Below are positions 38,801-53,508 of a DNA stretch of 64,000 bases, one piece after another. A model generated the notes under the pieces. That model had not been told where the DNA came from, ran no database searches, and saw nothing but the letters and a program-made list of their open reading frames with translations. Position numbers and translations under genes: made by a program. Origin of the DNA: Patellaria atrata CBS 101060 (lineage: Eukaryota); NCBI GenBank assembly GCA_010093705.1, contig MU006101.1, forward strand, positions 62,001-126,000. Direction: 5' to 3'. Position 1 is the first letter of the stretch; every line of letters starts with the position of its first letter.

Positions 38801-40290
38801 CTGGATATCAGGCAGCTCAGGGTCATCCTAATTTCAATGCGGCGCTACTTGGTGTTGGCAATACGGAAGATGTTCTGCTCAAGTGCCTCGATACGATTGA
38901 CATGGATGATTCACCCCACCAAGCTCGATACAATCTGAGGGCTAAAGGGGGGGCAACAATGCTCTCACTCGCATGTGGCCTCGGATATAATCGTTTCGTT
39001 GCAGGCCTACTTGCCCGTGGAGCTAATCCCGATTCACGAGACCGGGGAGGATTCACACCTTTAATGATGGCATCACTTCATGGCCACTGCCAAATCGTGC
39101 GCCGCTTAATTTTGAAAGGTGCTGATCCCATGATGAGAAGTCTTCAAGGGTATCTCGCGTCTGATCTTGCCGCTTCTGAGGAGGTATTGAACTCCTTGCA
39201 ACGGATTCAATTTCACTCAAGAACGCGTAGTGGCGGTGCTATTTCAATCAAAAGCCGTACCAGTAGCATGGTCTCTTCTAGATCGGTTTGGGAACCTCCT
39301 TCTCCAAGCCAGGCGAGCACCTTCACCTCTGGCGAGGATGATATCGATGATGTTGATGACGGTGAGCTGATGACAACTTCGTTATCGTCGACACCCTGGA
39401 TACGCTCTCGACGTAATAGTACGGCCGTCGTTCAGGACGTACGAACGGTAGTTCCAACTGTACCATCTGGTCACGCACTTACGCCTGCCGCTGCGATGAG
39501 CGCATGGAGAGACCAGCTCGCAAACCAAATCCAGCATTTCCAGCAGAATATGCATTGGAACTTTCCCAATTTTCAATTACCGCAACTTCCCCAGCTCTCT
39601 CAACTCCCTGCCCTTCCCACTTATACTCCTCATCCTATGATCCGCCGTATCAGCAATCTAGTTCCGCATCAGGCGGCGGCTCCATCTCCGTCGGCCTCCA
39701 GTGAGCGTACAGCAACTCCTACTGACTACAGTTGGCGTGATCTCTTTTCCACCCCTACCCTACCACCTGCGTATGAGGAAATATATCCTCAAAATGTAGA
39801 CAAAGATATGGATGTCAAAAAATCGTCCACTATGCAGGCTGCTGCTGAAGCCATCCTCGATCAGGCCTGCATGGAAAAGTTCGATACAACCCATGCCGAG
39901 AGCTCAACTACCATTCATAAGTCGTTGAGCATGGAGACGCTAGATGTCAAGATTGGCAGCAGAAGCTCCATCACCAAAGAGCAGCAAGAGCAAATTCGCC
40001 GTGCGCACCAGCAGAAGCTGAAGCGCATAAGGAGTGACAGGAATCTGTTCTTCATCTGGGTAAGTCAACATTCACGTTATCCGTTCAGCGCAAGGAGATA
40101 ACTAATTGGTACTCAGATCCCGCTCCTGCTCTTCATCATGGCAACTATGGTTCGAACCACCATCCCGGACGTCATATCGACCGTCTCTTCCATCTATACC
40201 TCCTTCAAGGAATCTACCTCCAATGGGCAGTCTATCTACACTTCTTTCAAGGAATCTGCCTCCAATGAGCAGATTGTAGAGTTCTCTTGA
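35873..40290 (+). CDS. spt23: Membrane-tethered transcription factor Spt23/Mga2 (IPT/TIG + ankyrin + C-terminal TM)
   Basis: KSRVETQI, LHLPTHTISKPK, CINRERKRASRK, MRIACYCRH, ILITDDHK, IHKVIPGEGPTTGGIEVTCLG, ankyrin GFTPLMMA, SDRNLFFIWIP TM. Introns 36536-36583, ~37511-37559 and 40060-40117. Confidence 0.95.
40189..40272 (+). repeat. 42-nt in-frame tandem duplication in the last spt23 exon
   Basis: SIYTSFKESTSNGQ / SIYTSFKESASNEQ. Confidence 0.85.
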
Positions 40291-42777
40291 AGTGTCGTCC
40301 TTATCAACGTATCCACCCATCCCGTAAAAACTCCCTAATTCACATCCACATCCAAACCCACGGATCTCGCCCTCTCCAATGTCTGCCCACTCGATCGTTC
40401 TCATCCTTCCACACCGACGACCCCCAAACGAAATAAATAATTAATAGCGCGGAGTGCCGGTGCGGTTTGGGGTTCGGGGTGTCGGTTATTGTTTTGTATC
40501 CTTCTTTGTACCTTATTTATGCCTCTTTGTTATTTCTGTTTTGTACGGCTTGCGGGACCCTGGGGATAGGATACGGTGTCCCGGTACCTGGGATTTGGGT
40601 CCTTTTTCCCCGTTTCGCGACCCTGTATCGGACCTTGTCGGGGCGGAGCTGTACGGACTTGGATTTGTCTGACTTAAAACTCGCTTTGGCGTATCGGGGC
40701 GGTATTGGGGGGGTCCTTGTTTATGCGGTTTTTTGGTCTTCTTTTTTTGTTAAGTTTGTGTTTTGGGGTTGGGTGGGAGAGGGGATCGTGAGTTCGTGTT
40801 GGGAGGTGGGAGTCGGATGTGGATACGCAAGTCTGTTCATAGAACTTTCGCTCGTAGCGTCAATGTTATGGGATTGTAACTCTCGTACTGTGGTTTGTGT
40901 GATGTGATGGGATGTGATATGTGTGTTGAGGGTAGGTTTGGTTAGGGATGTGCTGTGCTGTGTTGGGCTAGTAGGGAGTCAGATGGTACGCTTGAAGGTT
41001 GCTGTCTCGCTCGCTATGTGCCCGTGTATTTAGGGTTGATTTTTCACGCTTTTTTTAAAATGTCGTCAGTGGTACGGGTATAGTGTATGAGATTAACCCA
41101 GGATGGTGTGCAGGCGGGTTTTTGGCATGGAAGAGAATAGGGAAGCAGGGCTACGAATCTATTACAGTAGCCCGTCTGCAGTATGGTGGCTATTGCTTTT
41201 ATTCGCCATATGGTTAACTTACTGGAAATCGGATTGGTCCGCCTTGCTGTGTGAGAGGCGGGGCTAGTATTATGGTACCACTGGGAATTAGTGTTTGGGT
41301 CACGGGGTTTTGGGAGTTTGGGTCATGTTGGATGGGTTAATGTCGTGTTGACTGCTATGAATACACTATGGGGGCTTTGTGTGGTGTTGTGAGGGAGGCA
41401 AGGTCGCTGGGGGTTTCATCTATGGGGATGTGGAAGGTGGGCTCGTAAGCTATCCGAGAGATTGTTATTTTGGTGGAGAGAGATGTATTGTGAGTTGGTC
41501 GTTCAATACTACTATGAAGAAAGATGAGTGAAATTTCAGGGGGTGTGTTGGCTGAAAAGGGGTGTTTTTAAGGGGTAGTTGAGTCGAAAAGGGTGGGTCT
41601 GCAAACGGGAAGTCTCCTAGGAAATTAAGAAGTACATGTTGATATTGTGATGAGATTCATATAATAAAGACCGTTGACTTGTATATATATGCTCCCTTTA
41701 CCTCAACACGATACTCTTGGTTAACTGTATAGTTGTTTGTGAGAGTATTCTACCATCGCTGTATAGAATGCGCCGATGGTACAAACGGTTCACAACTGTA
41801 CAATGAGCCAGACCGTACTTCCACCAGAAAGTTATGAATACTTTAGTTTTGATAGTGCGCGAGGAGGCATGTTGTTAAGAAACGAGCATAGAGCTGTGGT
41901 AAAAGTGAGTTGAATTCCTCTAGTTCTAGCTACGAGTAGACGAGAAGATATGCGTGAGCCAAGCCTCTCGGGCCGACCAATCTCCCTTACCGTGAGACCA
42001 GCGGTGCCTAGTCACCGACCGGTTAGTATACCGTTCCGTGACACATGTACACCGAGTGTGTAGGGACGGAAGAGTCTTCATAACTCGACCGATGACTAGG
42101 GGTCTAGGAGTAAGAGAGGAAATCGGTAAAATCATCTCCAGCCGTGAAGTCCATGCTGTAAGACTCCATCAGCATTGCGAAATCTATACAGCATTAAGGC
42201 CGTCCGTAACTTATATGAAGCCCGGCTGCTGGGTATTGTTTTGCGGATACCTCATATTCCATTCTAGATGAACGGGATCGATAACATCACTGAACGAAAT
42301 ATATGTAAGCCACGATGGATGGAAATATTTGTTAGTAGTTTAAGGAGCAGATTAACTCACATGGTTTCTGGTTCCTGCAACCCCACCGTGACAGGATTGT
42401 GCTGCTCATCTGACCATAGAGGATGGTTGTAATTGTTCATGGACTCTAGGACCTCAATGTTTTGATTTTGAGCTCGGAATGCGTCACTCTCGTTTGGAAG
42501 CGTATGTATTCCGTTTTCAAATTCACGGGTTTCCGCCCGGTGTACATGACTTTGGCCTTAATTTTCACACCTTTCGTATCGGACTCCTTGACTCTCGTCT
42601 TCGGGCTCATTTCTTCCATCGATCGACGATACGGAATCATAGTCAGGGTAGAACTTATGCTCTAGATCTTCCAGACATGCTTCAATCTTTCTCATGCACG
42701 CAGGACAGCGAAAATTTGGATTATAGCTGTATATGTCGTCAGTACGCGTTGCAGATTCTTTCTAAGGTATTCCATGC

Positions 42778-45700
42778 TCACCTCTCTTCCGGATAGGTTT
42801 GTTTCTGATAGGATCTCAAATACCTAGCAAGCGCATGATGGTCTCGTCGCTCGGCCATCCTCAACGCTCGCTGGTATTGAATTGCCCCTGACCCAAAAAT
42901 CTTAGTGCCGGCGTTCAACAATAATCGTATCGTGTCAAACCGTCCATGTTCTCCTGCCCCTTCTAGTGTAGTTCTGCCGTGTTGATGCGCTCCCTGCGCG
43001 TTGACGTCGGCACCCTTCTGGAGAAGCAGCTCTACTAACTTAAGGTCACCTCTGATCGCTGCTTGCTTGAATTGCCGTTACTCCGCATCAGCATTGAGCA
43101 AAAGACTGATCATAGCCATGCGACCCTTTTCTGCTGCTTCTTGAAGAGCTGTGCGACCACCATAGTAAGCGGGGTTCTCATTGGGATGGCCACCGCGTTG
43201 GAGAAGAAGCTCTATGATATAACAATTGGTAGAACCTGCAGCAAATTGTATTGGGGTCAATTCGAAACTTTTGAGTCTCCTTGTTCGCACTAAAGATCGT
43301 TGTGGATAGAAAGTGGAATCGAAAATGGCAACAATCGATTCCGGACGGTTTGATTTGATAGCTTGTTCAATTACACCGTCCCCAAAGTCAAGATCGAAAG
43401 GTCTGGGAGAGATTTCGATCAGTCTGTACAATCATGGCAAGCCTCTTTCTACTCCAACCTTGAATGTTCTTTTTGAAACACAACTGGCGCCTGCTTCTCT
43501 TATGTAGTCGAAGATACGCGTCTTCTTGAGACCTATTGCTGCAGTTAGAAAAGAGTGCGAGCAATTAAGGTCCGCATCACGACTAAGGAGAAGCTCAACT
43601 GCGTTATAATCATTACTCCTTATAGCAACTATGAGGGGGTATTCTTCATAACCTCCGGGAGCGTTTACTATTGCACCTGCATCCAAAAATAGCTCCATGA
43701 GTTCCAGATTCCCAGTTTTAGCTGCTTCTATTAGTGGAGATGTGACGGGGATAACACTTCGAGTGAGCATCCTGGTAGAGGAATTAACGTTGGCCCAGCT
43801 TCAAGTAGAATTCTACTTGAACGAATATCCTCTGCTCGCGCAGCGTAATGAAGGGGCTGCCAGCCATCTTCATCAGTCCAATCTGGGGTTCCACCATTTG
43901 CGAGGAGAAATTCGAGCAGCGCCATCGCCGTATCTGAGCAAGATTATGGACTCGATTCTGGACTAAATTCTGGAATCCAGTGTGGTCTTAGACCACCTTT
44001 GGCACCTTGACAAGCAATGATGACCCCATTTCTAATACTCTGAAGGTTCACACCCTGGGCTAGTAAGTTTCTCAACTGTGATAAATCATTGTCATAGCAA
44101 CATTCTTTAAATCTTAAGGGTCTTCGCATCCAGTTTATGGATCCTGCGAATCGGGACATCGATGCTTGATCAACACCAACCTCTATATAATTCGTGGGGT
44201 GGCGAATATATGGGAGGATATCAAGACCTGGGTGAGACTTTTTTCTTTTGAACTTGAATGAGAAGAGACCTTTCCTACACTGGATAGATCCTACAGCGCG
44301 AAAGAGGATTTCTAATACACGAATATCAAGATAATAATATTCATAGACGCCATTGTAGTAGAACTTCGCAGCTTCATAGAGCATGGAGCCTTCTTTTTCT
44401 AGATCTATGGTCGGATCTACTCCATTAGCTAGCAGTGATTCGATTGCTTCAACACTATTTGTCCTAATAGAGCACCTAAGAAGATATCCTGGGTCGCTTT
44501 CTGGACATCTCATATTCAAGCCAGCAGTGATCATGGTCTTTATCGTAAATGTCAACGTATTGAGAGTCCATCCAGAAATAAGATCAAGCGTAACGTAGCG
44601 ATGATAAGGCCAATAGGGAAGAAAGATTTTGGAAAAAAGAGAATCCGAGATTTGCTCCGTGTTCGATGAGGAACAAGAAGGTTGATTCATCGCAATTATG
44701 AATGGCCTGGTAAATGGCCAACCCAGGAGAGTCATCAGGTCCATTTATGTCGGATCCGGCCTCGAGAAGAAGTTTGATCAGTTCAGTATTCATTCTCTGA
44801 GCGGCAATAGAAAGGGGTGTTGAGGTCCTTGACTGAAATTCGATATTCCATGTAGCATTGGGATCGCAATGAGCATCGAAGAAGAGCCGGATAGTAGGTA
44901 TATCCAATTTCTCGCATGAACTCTGAAATAATTTCTCAGCAATGCCTTCAAAACTTCTCTATTCTTGTAATCATAGATGTGCTCTGCAAATTCGACTAGG
45001 TTCCGCTTCTCGCCCAAAATTTCATCAAACTGATTGTTGGAGAGTAAGCCAAAGAAGTTGAATACTGCGATCTGATCTCTAGCGTTAGTGTCGTTGCCAC
45101 CGATGGCACTAGGAAAACTAGTTGGAAGGATAGGATTGATGACTTTTTGAAGGTCCTGCTGCGTATTGAGTGATAGTGCTCGGGGGAGCTTCCGTACGCT
45201 TAGCAAGTTGCTCAAAACCCGAATTTTATTTGAAAGCATTGCCGGAAATTGCAGAGTCGCACTGTTGTCTGGGGATATTGAGTCTGGGTTATAGTAGATG
45301 ACCGGAATTACTCACATCGTGAATAGAGACTATTTAGATAGATGGAGTAAGGGAGCCTATGGTACATTGTATTGTGGACCGAAGCCGTTGGGGTCCTTAT
45401 GTTGATACCTTCAGGAGTCCTTGCACTGGCGGCTGTGAACTGTTAGTCCTCTACGAATTCCAATGTGCTTTACGTAAACAGCAAATACCTGAATACTTCT
45501 CCATGGCCGTGAAGGTGTTCCTCGACGTTTCTTTTCTAACCTTCGCCGTTGGTATGACGATACCGTCGACAATGACTTCACTCTCCTTCTCGTTCCGTTT
45601 TCGTTTCTCGATTTTGTGGCCCACAGTTTTCCACTCTTTGCTTGTAATATTCTTTCGAAGGGCCCATCTCTTGAATTGACGCTCGTACTGTGCTTTGCTA

Positions 45701-45880
45701 ATGTAAAACTTAGCTATTATTCAGTTACAACACTATTGACTTCTGGAACGGTACGCACGATGCTTTGAATGAATGGCAAGTTTCCATGTACAATATGATT
45801 TCTTTCAATATCCTATCTTCGGCGATGTATAGTTTTCGAAGTAATTGCTTGTGTTCTATTCAGGGTAGACTCGAATCCAT
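42778..45880 (-). pseudogene. Clr5-domain + ankyrin-repeat pseudogene
   Basis: MDSSLP*IEHKQLLRKLYIAED..MET..FKAS|KAQYERQFKRWALRKN (Clr5-like), followed by many ankyrin repeats (TPLSIAA, QPLHYAA, SPLIEAA, TPIQFAA, GRTALQEAA, GRTTLEGAG). At least 4 in-frame stops and 3 frameshifts. Confidence 0.85.
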
Positions 45881-48068
45881 TGTGAGAAGTTTTCAGCTGT
45901 ACCTCAGCATAGGAGTTGCTGTGTAACCATCTGAAAGTGAATAGCAAAACTCCAAGATCTATTCTCCCAGTTTATAGAAGATATCTTGGAATCTTTGGGA
46001 GGCTTTGCTTCAATTTGAAGGAAAAGGAATACGGCTAGATTGACTGGTGTGGGATGCACAGCAAGGCTGAGACCTAGACGTTGTAATTCGCCCATTCCAA
46101 AATCTTTTATCTCAGATGCCATAAGGCTGAGGTTACGAAGGTGCATTTCGTCGGCTAATGGAATCGGGTATGACTGGTGGTTGACAAAATCTTCCTGCAT
46201 ATTTGCAACGCCGCATATTTACAGGGAATATGCAGTCACATGCGAGCCAGCATGCTTGATCAACAAGCCATTGAAGGAACATTATGAGATTATTGGAGAC
46301 TCATGATAAATGGAGGAACTGACCTTACTTTATTGGTAGTGGCCGTAATCTTCGCTATTCAAGGCAGAGTCAACGGCCGGTGGAAACACTTTCAACATGA
46401 ATGTGCGCATATCATGTATAAATATGTCTCTACCTGGACTTGAACGGCTTGTGTACCCAAGTTCGTCTCTTTCGTCGACAATCGTTGAAACCAGACTCAG
46501 TTGTCCTCATCTACAGCAATGCCCAATTTCAATAGAAGCTCTGTTAGCCTCTTGACACTAATAGTTACTATTCCACCTTCCGTCTTAGTTGTGCGAAAGC
46601 TCTTAAAATCTAGAAACGAACGATTGAATGGCGCCGGTAGGGTTCGGGAAGTGGTATGAATGAATGCCTACTAACCACAATTACCATGTTAAGAGATATT
46701 TCAAGTACACGCTCCACTCAGAGAAATCTTTACGCTCCAGGATCTTGAGTACACAAGGACTCTAGGCAAGGTTGAGAACGATCCTATGTTGCCCATGGAA
46801 CTAATACATCGTAACCAGAACCACGGCCTTATGATCTTCGACCCTATAGACGAACTAGGAGTGTATAACGACATAGTGTACGGATAATATTGAGAAGTGA
46901 GGGTTCAGTAGAGAAAGTTACGCTTAACATAATTCCGCGTTTCAATCTGACCGGGGAAACATACTCTGCGCCTTGGGAGTAAGTACTTGCAACGCCCACG
47001 TCTCTCGATACTAAAGCTAAACGGTCACACAAAGCATATCTGAAACCTCACCTGGAAAGTTGAATTATTAGATTGCTCCTTAGATTCAGCACCAGCACAT
47101 TGAGTATAGAATACCCTGGTTTGGTTCCTCGATAGGATTGGTTACCGAACTGTCCCATTTCGTTTATGTTTTTGTGGTTGTTTGATTCAGAGATTTAAGA
47201 CCAGAATGTAGATACCATAACCCCAAGTATGAGGAATTGATTCTTTTGAATTCTTCCGATTATGTTCACGGTTCATTCGTCAGATAAGGGTTATCTGTTA
47301 CTGATTCGCTAATTGCAATCTTCGTTTATTGTGCGGTTGATGTCATGGACCCTGCTGTACAAGATTATCACATTGCACAAGTTAACTAGACGACATAAGA
47401 ACACTGGTAGATGTACGGAAGGAATCGGGTTCTAAAGGAAAATTCAAATCCATAGATACCGATCGAAGAATATACTACAAGATTTGCATAAAATTTTACA
47501 ACGGTACATGTATAACAGCCGAAGTGCGGTCGTGTTGGGGAAGAGATAAGAGAACTCAAAACACAGTTTGGCGACTGACTACGCTTGGTGGATGGCATGG
47601 TATATATCATACCTACCTGGTATCTGATAAGTCACTACAGGATTGCATGTACGAAAATTTTTGAGCTTGTTCCAAAGTGGAGGACGTACTGTAGCTAGGA
47701 TGTAGGCTTTGTCTTATTTTAGAATGTAGGAGGCTAATAGAACGACGTCTTCTTAAAACCGCACACAGCTATAACGCCGTTTAAGCAGACGTACTATATG
47801 AGGATTCTAGAAAATACCAAGGTGTGGCATCAATTAACGATTCTTGTCGGGATTTAGGTAGAGGAGCGGACATATATTCAAAGTCCATATATCATTATTT
47901 ACCAGAAACCGCTTTGGATTGATATGTTATAATAACGACACTATCCATTACAGTCAAAGCACACCGGCCCAAATTACGCCATGTTCGCCAACCGAGCATC
48001 AGAGCATGGCGTATATCATAAATAGCACCGCTATCGAGGAAAGGAAGTCCGAAGGTAACCAGGGCAAA

Positions 48069-48472
48069 CTACTGAGGCCCGTTATGATTCACTGTCACAA
48101 TCTGGTCCTCTTCGATGATAGCATTGTATTCCGTGCTTAATGCTTGTACTTTTTCGAGAACTTTGGCTGGTGCGTTGGCGGCGAAACCCCTACATTGTTA
48201 ATGAATTTTCGATGCTACTCCAAAAGACACTTACTTGATGATATCTAAAGAAGATATTAGCGTGAAGCTCACACACAAACTAGGGAAGTGCAAAGCTTAC
48301 TGTATTCGTGTGTGATGACGCCGCCGGCTGCTTTTATCGCCTTTTTCGCTTCATTCACGATTCGATCCGGTGTATTATTAGGATAGGTGATAACAACGGC
48401 CTTGTGTGGAGCAACAGCAACAGCACAAAGAGCAAAGACTGCTAGAAGCAGAGAATAGATGGCAATCTTCAT
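48069..48472 (-). CDS. Small secreted subtilisin-propeptide-like proteinase inhibitor (I9-like), 3 exons
   Basis: Signal peptide MKIAIYSLLLAVFALCAVA, VVITY..AKKAIKAAGGVITHEY|NIIK|GFAANAP..IEEDQIV. 10-nt micro-exon at 48244-48235. Confidence 0.85.
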
Positions 48473-49332
48473 CTCGAAATATTTATGTTGATAGAATGTG
48501 AAAGGTGTGGTGAAGTAATTGTAGTTGGGGGGATGAGCGCATTGCGGCAGAATAAGTACGGTAGTGCTCCCGCCCCATCTAATCCCAGATAGGCAGGCGG
48601 TAAGAATCGTGACCTTTATCGCGCGTTCTATATGCGGACTCTTTATTCCTAACACAGACTTCACTTTGAGTTCGACCGACATCGAATACTTCCACCACAC
48701 TCGAACCCCGATACCACGTCATCCTAACACTACCGCATAATACGAACAGACGCAGGGTGATCTAGTGCTCGGCGTGCACTCGAACGTCACCCACACAATT
48801 CTGTTACAAACCCTCAACATTCCGGTATTTCTTCTCTCTACACAAACTTACCTGCTCTCATTCTTTACCATCACGATATCGATATCTATCTTGAGTTCTG
48901 AAAGAGTATATCAACAGGAGAGGAATATTACAAAAACAGCGTAAGAGCGTGTAGACGGGTGGTTGTTGAGCGCTGGTTGGTCTGTGAGGGTTGTGTCACT
49001 TTTGGGAGGAGAAGATCGGTCGCTTTTCAGCGCACCTTGCTTGCAAAAACATAGTCCTAGGCTTGTTCCTGGACTCGTAGCTAGCAACGATTCATACAGT
49101 CTCTTGTTTCTCGTGTTTGGAACCGGTAGATTTGACATCAACTCCGCATTGGAATCTGGATCAGAAACTATAAGGTCGAGTTGGCAGGTCGCTCAGCGAG
49201 TCGTTGCCATAAGTCAGCTCATTGCCATCTCTTTCTTTCATAATTTTAAAAGCCCGAAATCTGCCTTCTGGCATTATATCCTACATCTAGCTTCTGCCCA
49301 ACCTATAATCCATAGAACATAAAAAGCCCATT

Positions 49333-51600
49333 ATGTCTTCTGCTTTGCCGTCAGCTGAAGTAGCTGCCGACTTCAAGGATGCTCTCGGAGATCTTAGGAT
49401 GAATAGCAGACCAGAAATCAGTACTCTAACAATCATTGCGAAAGAGAACACAGAGCATGCGCAGGCAATCTCAAGGGAATTAGAGAACCATATACGAACG
49501 GTGAGTGATAGGAACTTTTAACGAAAATCTTATTTATCTCACTCTCTTCCAATTGAAGATCACGGAAGTCGACTAATACATCTGTAGACACGACCTGACT
49601 TCAAACTTCCGGCACTTTATGTTCTCGATTCCATCGTCAAGAACGTGGGTAGCCCATACACCGTTTACCTGGGGAGGAACTTATTCAAGACTTTTATGGA
49701 TGCTTACAGTTTGATGGACTCGCAAAATAGAAAGGCTATGGAAGGCCTTCTGAAAACGTGGAAGCAACCAGTACCTGAATCTTTAGATACAAGGCCTGTG
49801 TTCCCTGCAGATGTAACAAAAGAGATTGAGACTGCTTTGATCAGATTCAGAACTGCAGTATTTCAGAACCAGCAACAGCAAGCAAGAACACAGAGACAAC
49901 TCGTGAACCCAACTTTGCCTAGACCACCAGCAGCCCAGTGGAGAGATACACCCACCCCTCCAAATTCAAATGTCGTCAGATATGCTCCTCCAGCTACACC
50001 ACCAGTTGTTAACCCGCAGTTTGGAGCATATAATGCTTCCAGTGACCCACGTCTTCGTCACGTAAGTTTATCCAGGGTTTATTGCAAGTGCTGTACTGAT
50101 TATACCCAGCAACCGACTCCACAACAGGTCGTTACTCAGTACCCTTCAAACGGGACTCCAGTGCAAACACAAAATCAACATATTCACGGATATCCTAGTA
50201 ATTCCGGCTCTTTGAGTGAACTGGATAAGTTGAACGATGACATCGAGAAGTTGATAGCAGCTGCGAAAGCGGAATGGGTTACCCGGCTACATGACCAAGA
50301 TGTACAAAAGAGACTGAAAGCGCTTCTAGATCTTCAAACTATCCTCAAAACTCAGCAATTGCCCCCAGAGCAGCTAAAGCTTGTTCAACTACAAGTCGCC
50401 CAACTACGTCCACCAGCCAACCCAACACCTTTGGCGTCGTCAACGCCAGTACAGAATAATGTGTTCGGTCTACCCCCCAAACCGCCCACTCCGCAAACCT
50501 TTCAACCAGCTCCAGTTCCAGTTCCAACACCACCAGTACAGCGATATCAATCACCTCAGCCACCGGTAACGACACCCCAACTCCCTTTCCCGTTTCTTTC
50601 GACACCTCACCCACCTCCAGCGCCTGGACCTCCCCCACTACTCAATCTAGCTCAGATACTTTCTCTCGCACATGCGAATCAGCAAGCAACACCCGTGCCG
50701 ATCCCAAGCTTGCCCGTATGGCCGCCACTTGTCACTAATACCCAGGTTACACCAATCCCTCCCCCATCCGTAACACCAATTGTTGGCGAAAATCCATTGT
50801 TAGCTCAGCTTCGTGCAGCTGGGTTACTTCCTGCTACACCAACTCCGCCCCCAACGAATAACTGGTCTAAAGTTGAGAACGATGTGGAAATGACCACCGC
50901 ATCAATTACTAAAACGTACGTAGTCTCGCTAGCTTCTACCCTTTATCTCATAACTAATGTATCCATAGAAACCGTCCTCATTTAATTAACTTACTCTACG
51001 GAGCACGCCCGAATCAATGTTCAACATGTGGTCGTCGATTCCCCAATACACCGGAGGGGAGGGAGATGAAGACCCGGCACATGGACTGGCACTTCAACGT
51101 CAACAATGCTAAGGCTGAGAACCGAGCCGTCCACCGAAGCTGGTACATCGGAGAGAGAGTAAGTCATATGTATATTTTTTTCAGCCTTGAGTATAAGTTA
51201 ACGGGTACTGTAGGAATGGATTAGATACCGGGAAGAAGACGAAGCAGCACCACCTGAATCCAAGAGTACGTCCTTGGCCCTGAGTGGTCAGAGTAACGGA
51301 TCAGCTCCAAAGATCGAACCGAAAGATCGATATGTGCGCATTCCCACGGATGTAGGCTCAGCTACTTGCCCTATATGCCAGGAAAAATTTATCTCGAGCT
51401 TTCATAATGATGATTGGGTCTGGATGGATGCAGTTGATGTGGGAGGCAGGATCTATCATGCCACGTGCTACCACGAAGTCACTAAAGACGGTGGAGGTGC
51501 TTCAACGACAGCGCCAGGTAGGGGAACCCCGGATTCAGCGCTGGGAAAGAGAAAAGCAGGAGAGCACGATTTGAATGGGGAAAGAGCAAAGGTGAGATAG
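49333..51600 (+). CDS. pcf11: mRNA 3'-end cleavage/termination factor Pcf11
   Basis: CID domain (NSRPEISTLTIIAKE, KLPALYVLDSIVKNVG..Y), C2H2 zinc finger (QCSTCGRRF..HMDWHF), CPICQEKF..WVWMDA..HATC. Confidence 0.93.
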
Positions 51601-52498
51601 TCGAACGTGATCCAGAGTGTGGATTCATCATTGATTTATATGCATTGCGTTGGAGTATGGAATACCTTTGTACCTGGAGGTATCTATCTATCTCAGACAT
51701 TACAGCATGTGGATATTTTGCAGGAGTTTAGCGCCATAGACATGCATCTACAACTTCCATTCTGGATAGCTTGTATGCATTTTAGGCCAATAGAAATTCA
51801 CATTCATCCCATCAGGCTTTTTCAGAGTGAAAAGAACTTGAAAAGCGCACTCCTCTCTATTATCAGATGCTAACAGCCTAACATAGCACAAGCGCACATT
51901 GACATCAAAGCAGTTTCATATCGACAGTGGAACATATTCCAGCTTCATCATTTCAAGACTTCATGTTACACAATAACGACCGCTAAAGGGGTATTTCGTA
52001 AATACTAGTGCTGCATAACATGACTTCAAAAAAAAAATAAAACATAAGATAGAGGTGAAAAGGATGCTTTGGAGCAAGGCCAAATCGCACGAATAACGTT
52101 TGGAGCAATTCAATAATGCGTCATTCTACATGTACATGTTTATACTCACTGAGTACGGAATTTCTGTAAGAGCCATGTGTAGTTGATCATGTACTCCGTA
52201 CAGTACCTTTATTGTACAAAGGTATCCTCGGAGAGCTCGGGCGGGGAGCAACCTAAACTTCGGTTGAATGGGGAATTCCAACAGCCTCTCTGCCGAGCGT
52301 CGGACCTAGTTCTAAACGACACCAAGAACCTCAAGTACTTACGTTTACCACCTCAGTCTTGCCGGCCAACTTTTGTCTCCGCATCTGCCACCTACGTCCT
52401 TCTTTCATCGCATTGTCGACTACGCGGACGTCTTCCCTCTACCTGCATCCAGCTTCCTAATTCTTTTTCGCGACGGATAAGTCGCCGGGAGTAGCACA

Positions 52499-53508
<1,010 letters not shown>

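Noticed and set aside
45860..45862. Rescue of the Clr5-ankyrin gene by A-to-I editing or readthrough
   Set aside because: Multiple frameshifts cannot be repaired that way.
48847..48856. ACTTACCTG resembling the U1 snRNA 5' end
   Set aside because: No U1 stem-loops or Sm site follow. It is better read as a minus-strand splice donor.
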